Source: Candidatus Poribacteria bacterium (GTDB lineage Bacteria > Poribacteria > WGA-4E > WGA-3G). From it: a DNA stretch of 64,000 nucleotides. The stretch covers positions 17,342-81,341 of the forward strand of contig JAGFCA010000023.1 of assembly GCA_022394755.1 (NCBI GenBank), read 5' to 3'. The notes below the pieces were generated by a model. The model saw only the letters and a program-made list of their open reading frames with translations, was not told the DNA's origin and searched no databases. Below, piece after piece: positions 59,045 to 64,000 of the stretch (the stretch's first letter is position 1; each line of letters opens with the position of its first letter). Both the position numbers and the translations under genes were made by a program.

Positions 59045-61303
59045 TTACTCTGGCACTGACCAATCTAAATGCCGGTGAAGAAAATCAAATGTGTCTTGAG
59101 AATTAATCTGATGTCCACCATCAAAGAATTCAATCTCAGTTTTATCTGCAATACCAAGTCTAACATAGTGTCTGCGAACTGTTGCAAATTCATGGGCAAC
59201 CCACTCATCAGGCGCTACGCCATCATCATGCCCCCGTTCAACCATAAAAGGTCTTGGTGCGATTAAAGCTGCCATTTCAGAATAATTGAATGTGTTTCCT
59301 AAGTCAAACTCTACCATTTCATATTCACCAGTAAACATATAACTATAACCTGAATCGAATGTTGCGTTTTTAACAATCCACTCATTAAAATCAGCTGAAC
59401 ATATTGAACAAGCATAACGTTCAAGAACTGCTGGTACACGCATTGCCGTTTTTCCACCGTAAGAAAGTCCATAGAAACCAATTCTATCTTCATCAACAAA
59501 AGGAAGTCCTGCTAACCATTCAAGTGTCTGATCATGTTGTGCTATTATTAATGAGAATAATGACCATTTTATTGGATTAGCTTTACGTTGAATCACACGA
59601 AAAGAATCATTTCCTATATACGGGTTCTGTGGTGCATAGGTAATAAAACCTTTATCTGCTAACTGGGCTGCGTATGAGTGGTAAACACTATTAATTTTTG
59701 GATCTGCTGTATCTTGTGGTCTACCTTCCAAACCGTGTTGACAAACGACAACAGGTCTTCGTTCATCAGGTTTAAGATCTTTTGGAATTAATATGATTCC
59801 ATAGGCAAACACCTGATCCCAAACATCAAGAACAACTTCATAACCTGTCCATTTCGGTTCATCGTATATTAACCGTGTCTTTGGATTTGGATGCACATTA
59901 GGTGATGGACAACGACCAATTACCTCTTTCCAAAAATATTCTTTGAATTCAACACATGAATTTTTCCAATTATCAAGTGAACTGTTGTCTGTCTTTTGCC
60001 AGAAAAATTCTTGCCTTCGTGTTGCTGCCTCTCTGAGCAGGCGTTGTGTAAAATCTACAAGTTGAATAAACTGTCTTTGTTGACGCGAAGCAACATCATA
60101 TGATATATCGGATTGATTTGTTAACGTGGAATCAGTGTTTATATCTAAACCTTTTATTCCAAGTCCAGATAAAAAACCAGATAACGTTTCTTTACTTCCA
60201 GGCAAGCGATCTTCAGGACAAATTAGTTGTAAATTGTCTATTGAATCCAATTGTTCATATACTAAACCACACCGATTAATTTCAGTTTCAACTGATTTTA
60301 TCGGTGGAGAGATTAATTGTCCAGGTGCAGCCCCATGCCTATTATCACGTGCTATAGGGGGACCTTCTACCTCAGGACCACGACTTGTTTCTACAATCAA
60401 TGTACGTGGAGCAATTAAACTGCCTATCTCAGCATCACCAAATTCATGTATCAATCCCCATACATTACGGTAAATAGGTTCACGCCATACTTCTTCACGC
60501 TCCTGAAAATAACCACTTACTACCGTAGATTGAATACGTTCATCAATTGCTGCACTATATAAACCAATTAAACCACCCTCGCCATAACCGATCACTCCTA
60601 TAGGTGATTCGTTTTGGTCCATCCAATCCACAAGTGATAGTACTTTCTGCACTTCGTAACCAATTACATGCCTACCTAACTGATATGCCATTCTATAGAT
60701 AAATTCTCTATGGGGTTGATTTGTAAATCTACCTATCTTTGGATTACCGGAAAATGTGTCTTCTCTATTTAATAATTGTGGAACAACAACCCTACAACCT
60801 AATTCTGCTAAATTTCGTGCATATTGAGCAGATTGTGGAAGTTCCTCTGATATACCTGAAATCATTTCAGGTGTCCAATCTGCATCAGGAATAGCTATTA
60901 TCTGAGCAATTACATCTTGTTTATCCTTTGGTTCCAGAAGTAAACCTTCACCCTCAACCTCCTCAAATACTTGCCACCTTACTCTTGAAACCCTGTAATT
61001 CGAACCTGATGCAATTTCTATAGGAGAATTAGTTGTTGAAATATAAGATAATGATGTAATCGGTAAACGTTCATCAACACAGCCAATCTGTTTTAGGAAT
61101 CTTTCCTTATTCGGTTGGATAGATTTTGAATAAGCTTCATGATTACTAAAATCTCTATTCCAAAGAGCTTCCCGTTTTTCCATTGATGATAGAATTGCTC
61201 GATTTACATAATTATCCAGATCCTCCACCATTTGTGTAGCAAGGTCCTGTTCGAGATTTAATGCATCTGTTCCTTCTAACACTTGATTCACTTCTTTTGA
61301 CAT
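59045..61303 (-). CDS. Two-domain alpha/beta-hydrolase (dienelactone hydrolase/peptidase S9/esterase-like)
   Basis: Two nucleophile-elbow-like segments, GVIGYGEGG and GFYGLSYGG. C-terminal ...GHDDG... and GGH are candidates for the acid and His of a triad. Confidence 0.5.
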   Translation of the reverse strand: MSKEVNQVLEGTDALNLEQDLATQMVEDLDNYVNRAILSSMEKREALWNRDFSNHEAYSKSIQPNKERFLKQIGCVDERLPITSLSYISTTNSPIEIASGSNYRVSRVRWQVFEEVEGEGLLLEPKDKQDVIAQIIAIPDADWTPEMISGISEELPQSAQYARNLAELGCRVVVPQLLNREDTFSGNPKIGRFTNQPHREFIYRMAYQLGRHVIGYEVQKVLSLVDWMDQNESPIGVIGYGEGGLIGLYSAAIDERIQSTVVSGYFQEREEVWREPIYRNVWGLIHEFGDAEIGSLIAPRTLIVETSRGPEVEGPPIARDNRHGAAPGQLISPPIKSVETEINRCGLVYEQLDSIDNLQLICPEDRLPGSKETLSGFLSGLGIKGLDINTDSTLTNQSDISYDVASRQQRQFIQLVDFTQRLLREAATRRQEFFWQKTDNSSLDNWKNSCVEFKEYFWKEVIGRCPSPNVHPNPKTRLIYDEPKWTGYEVVLDVWDQVFAYGIILIPKDLKPDERRPVVVCQHGLEGRPQDTADPKINSVYHSYAAQLADKGFITYAPQNPYIGNDSFRVIQRKANPIKWSLFSLIIAQHDQTLEWLAGLPFVDEDRIGFYGLSYGGKTAMRVPAVLERYACSICSADFNEWIVKNATFDSGYSYMFTGEYEMVEFDLGNTFNYSEMAALIAPRPFMVERGHDDGVAPDEWVAHEFATVRRHYVRLGIADKTEIEFFDGGHQINSQDTFDFLHRHLDWSVPE

Positions 61304-61360
61304 AGTAGTTCTCACTTCTGATTAGTTAACAGAAATCAGCAATTAATAATAATTTCTGAT

Positions 61361-62548
61361 CTAAATGACACCATCTCTTTGTAACATTTCTATATCTTGT
61401 TCATTAAGATTCAGTATGTCTTTCAATATCTCTTCAGTATGTTCACCTAATGTAGGAGCAGGTTTGTCAATACCCCCTGGTGTATCGGACAATTTAATTG
61501 GTACTCCAGGTATAGCAACTTTACCTGTAATCTGATGTGCTACATTTGTAATCATCTCTCTTGCTCTGACTTGCTCATGATTAACAACTTCATCTATTGA
61601 ATTAATCGGACCACATGGTACTCCAATATTACCTAAAGACTCAATCCATTCATCTGTTGATCGTGAAGATATAATACTTGATAAAATTGAGTATAACTCT
61701 GAATGGTTTTCTGTTCTAACTGCATTTGTATTAAATCGTTCATCTGATATAAGCTCTTCATTGTTGGTATGTTTACAGAATTTCTCCCATAATGTATCAT
61801 TTCCAATTGCAATAATTACATACCCATCTGCTGATCTGAAAGCTTCAAAAGGCGTAATAACTGGATGACGTGTACCAAGGGGTTGAGGTATATCATCAGT
61901 AGCAAAATATCGTACAATAGCATTTTCTAATATTGCTACTAAGCTATCCAACATAGCAACATCAACCATCTGTCCTTTACCTGTTTTATTACGATGGTGT
62001 AATGCGGTCAATATTCCTATAGTTGTAAATAGCGCAGCTGTTATATCACTTATGGAAGTTCCTACGCGCACAGGGGGTCCATCAGGTTCACCTGTAATGC
62101 TAATTATTCCACCCATGCCCTGTATTATCATATCATATGCCCCTTGCTCTGAGTACGGTCCTGTCTGCCCAAAACCTGAACATGCTGCATAAATTAAAGA
62201 GGGATTTTCATTTGATAGAGTTTCATAATCCAAACCGAGTTTCCGCATTGTTCCTGGTCGATAATTCTCTATTAGAATATCATACTGTTTAAGGAGTTGT
62301 TTAAATAACTCTTTTCCTTGATCATTCTTTAGGTTTAGGGTTAAGCTCTTTTTACCTCTGTTGATACTCATGAAATATAAACTAAAACCATTATTAAATG
62401 GACCGAAGTTTCTTGATTCATCACCTATTTCAGGTTGTTCTACCTTTATCACTTCAGCACCAAGGTCTGCAAGGATCATAGTTGTATACGGACCTGCCAA
62501 AACACGTGTTAAATCTAAAATCCTTAAACCAGACAACGGTCCAGACAT
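61361..62548 (-). CDS. Family III CoA-transferase (CaiB/BaiF/Frc-like)
   Basis: GPLSGLRILDLTRVLAGPYTTMILADLGAEVIKVE N-terminus. 395 aa. Confidence 0.85.
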   Translation of the reverse strand: MSGPLSGLRILDLTRVLAGPYTTMILADLGAEVIKVEQPEIGDESRNFGPFNNGFSLYFMSINRGKKSLTLNLKNDQGKELFKQLLKQYDILIENYRPGTMRKLGLDYETLSNENPSLIYAACSGFGQTGPYSEQGAYDMIIQGMGGIISITGEPDGPPVRVGTSISDITAALFTTIGILTALHHRNKTGKGQMVDVAMLDSLVAILENAIVRYFATDDIPQPLGTRHPVITPFEAFRSADGYVIIAIGNDTLWEKFCKHTNNEELISDERFNTNAVRTENHSELYSILSSIISSRSTDEWIESLGNIGVPCGPINSIDEVVNHEQVRAREMITNVAHQITGKVAIPGVPIKLSDTPGGIDKPAPTLGEHTEEILKDILNLNEQDIEMLQRDGVI

Positions 62549-62686
62549 CTGAGTATCCTTATATGGGTAAATAGATTGCTTTTCTGTGGTAGGAATGATA
62601 ATATGAAATCATCTCATATAATAACATCATTCAGATAGGATGTCCAAACGTTTATTCGATTTTCAAATTCTTGGAGGAACGTGAAT

Positions 62687-63763
62687 ATGGATAAGTTAAA
62701 AATTGCACATATTGGAACAGGAAATCGAGGGTCAAATACATACCTACCAATTATAAATAAATTGAAGCAAGATTTACAGCTTGTTGCTGTCTGTGATGTT
62801 GACCAAGTAAGAGTTCAGGAACAGGTAGACTCTTATAAAGTTCCTGGTTTTACAGATACTGAAAAAATGTTATCAGAAATAAAACCAGATATCTGTTCCA
62901 TTGTAATTACACCAAGTAATAATCATATTCCAGGTCTTATGTGTTCACAACATGGAGTAAGTTATTGTACTGAAACTCCAATTAACACTGATTTAAAATT
63001 AGCTGATAAAATGATCGAATCAGCAAACGAAAATAACATAAAACTTGAAGTTAATGAAAATTACTACCGTAATCCTACCGAACGTATAAAACGTCAGCTT
63101 ATTCTTGAAGGTATCTTTGGAAAAGTAAATGTTGCGTATAACGATTTTCGGGGACATGGTTACCATGGTATAGGTCTTCTCAGAAGTTATGTCGGCTTTG
63201 ATAATGAACCTGTCAGAGTCTATGGTTTTCGGAAGGGATTTAGTGTTCAAGAACATATCTGGAGAAAGGGACAACCCAGACGGAAAGAAGAAGATTGGCA
63301 GCATTCTGTTATAGAGTTTGCAGATGGAGCGGTAGGAATTTTCAATTTTACAAGTCTATCTTATGGATCACCTCTTAGAGGATTTAATGGAACAAAGTTC
63401 TATGCTGAACGTGGAATGTGTTTCCGTAACGAAGCAGTGATTTTAAATGAAGATACGGATACACAGATTCCTATTAATATTGTACGCAAAACTAATAATG
63501 TTGATGGTTATGAAACACTCGCTGCACTTGTAGCAGATACTAAACCTGAAGTTGTATGGGAAAACCCTCTACATAATTATCCTCTTAGTGATGGTGAGAT
63601 TACAGTGGCTTCTGAATTAATGAGTCTTGTGAATGCTGTTCGGAACGATACAGAACCTGAATATGGGGCATATAATGGTAGGAAAGACCGTGAAATTGAT
63701 GTAGCAATGTCTATGTCTTGGAATAATAATGGAGAACCTGTTTCCTTCCCGTTTGATTACTAA
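62687..63763 (+). CDS. Gfo/Idh/MocA-family oxidoreductase
   Basis: KIAHIGTGNRG Rossmann motif. ATG 62687 at good spacing from GGAGGA. Confidence 0.7.
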   Translation: MDKLKIAHIGTGNRGSNTYLPIINKLKQDLQLVAVCDVDQVRVQEQVDSYKVPGFTDTEKMLSEIKPDICSIVITPSNNHIPGLMCSQHGVSYCTETPINTDLKLADKMIESANENNIKLEVNENYYRNPTERIKRQLILEGIFGKVNVAYNDFRGHGYHGIGLLRSYVGFDNEPVRVYGFRKGFSVQEHIWRKGQPRRKEEDWQHSVIEFADGAVGIFNFTSLSYGSPLRGFNGTKFYAERGMCFRNEAVILNEDTDTQIPINIVRKTNNVDGYETLAALVADTKPEVVWENPLHNYPLSDGEITVASELMSLVNAVRNDTEPEYGAYNGRKDREIDVAMSMSWNNNGEPVSFPFDY

Positions 63764-63816
63764 TAGTCTATCAACATGTAGTTTATTTTATTACTGATAG
63801 TCTATCAACATGTAGT
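63763..63816. repeat. Two exact 20-bp direct repeats ATAGTCTATCAACATGTAGT (34-bp period)
   Basis: Copies at 63763-63782 and 63797-63816. The first begins at the last base of the TAA stop of the upstream gene. Confidence 0.85.
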
Positions 63817-64000
63817 AAATGAATATATATATAGGACTAATTAGATGTAGACATTACATTTTTTCGGACGGTATTTCTATAATATATATGTCAGCACCGA
63901 CTTTGTGTCCAGTAGAACAGTCATGTTAATTTAAAATCAAAGATAAACTAACTACAATACCTAATGATGAGTATCAAACACCATGATATTTTCTTATACT

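Overview
AT-rich (roughly 35-40% GC by eye) bacterial chromosomal window, probably from an uncultivated environmental lineage. A protein with an NYPNPFNP-type C-terminal sorting domain, plus many sulfatase, Gfo/Idh/MocA, ThuA, BNR and PQQ-propeller genes, hints at an FCB- or PVC-like organism. Phylum cannot be established from sequence alone. All functional calls are motif recognition by eye; no searches were run.

Gene content:
- 1-12.8 kb (+): housekeeping genes, namely lepB (5' partial), selB with tRNA-Sec(UCA) directly downstream, lipA, dapB, a BNR/Asp-box double-propeller lipoprotein, a PhyH-like dioxygenase, an LL-DAP aminotransferase and a large propeller-sensor/PP2C phosphatase.
- 12.8-29.6 kb (mostly -): a GHMP sugar kinase fused to a GalU-like nucleotidyltransferase, a GNAT, a polytopic peptidase-MA/TPR protein and purC. 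A co-directional run follows: disA, a coiled-coil lipoprotein, a triple NTF2-like protein, a thioesterase, an ABC ATPase, a 1244-aa FtsX permease and a TPR lipoprotein.
- 30-33.5 kb: cyclophilin, a KamA-family radical SAM enzyme, an SPFH protein and a putative glycoside hydrolase.
- 35.9-63.8 kb: a carbohydrate and organic-acid catabolic neighbourhood. It holds a sulfatase, uxuA, a PQQ-like propeller, a sialidase-like BNR protein, an Ldh2-family dehydrogenase, malate synthase G, an amidohydrolase, ThuA, three Gfo/Idh/MocA oxidoreductases and a family III CoA-transferase. Also here are a secreted WD40-metzincin-dockerin protein, Mrp/ApbC, a THUMP methyltransferase and a two-domain alpha/beta hydrolase.

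Most unusual observations:
- An in-frame UGA sits inside the second of two tandem discoidin-like lipoprotein paralogs. Conserved sequence and a SECIS-like hairpin lie downstream, and the organism demonstrably encodes SelB and tRNA-Sec.
- Two ORF-free, very AT-rich intergenic deserts (33.5-35.9 kb and 38.6-39.8 kb) flank the sulfatase-uxuA operon. They are packed with non-random short repeats: nine copies of a TTCA[G/T]AGT-core box, ACACTTT/AAAGTGT palindromes, a perfect 19-bp palindrome, a 300-bp inverted-repeat-bounded element, 9-mer tandem repeats and two 32-bp hairpin repeats.

No CRISPR array, rRNA, recognisable transposase or known defence genes were seen.
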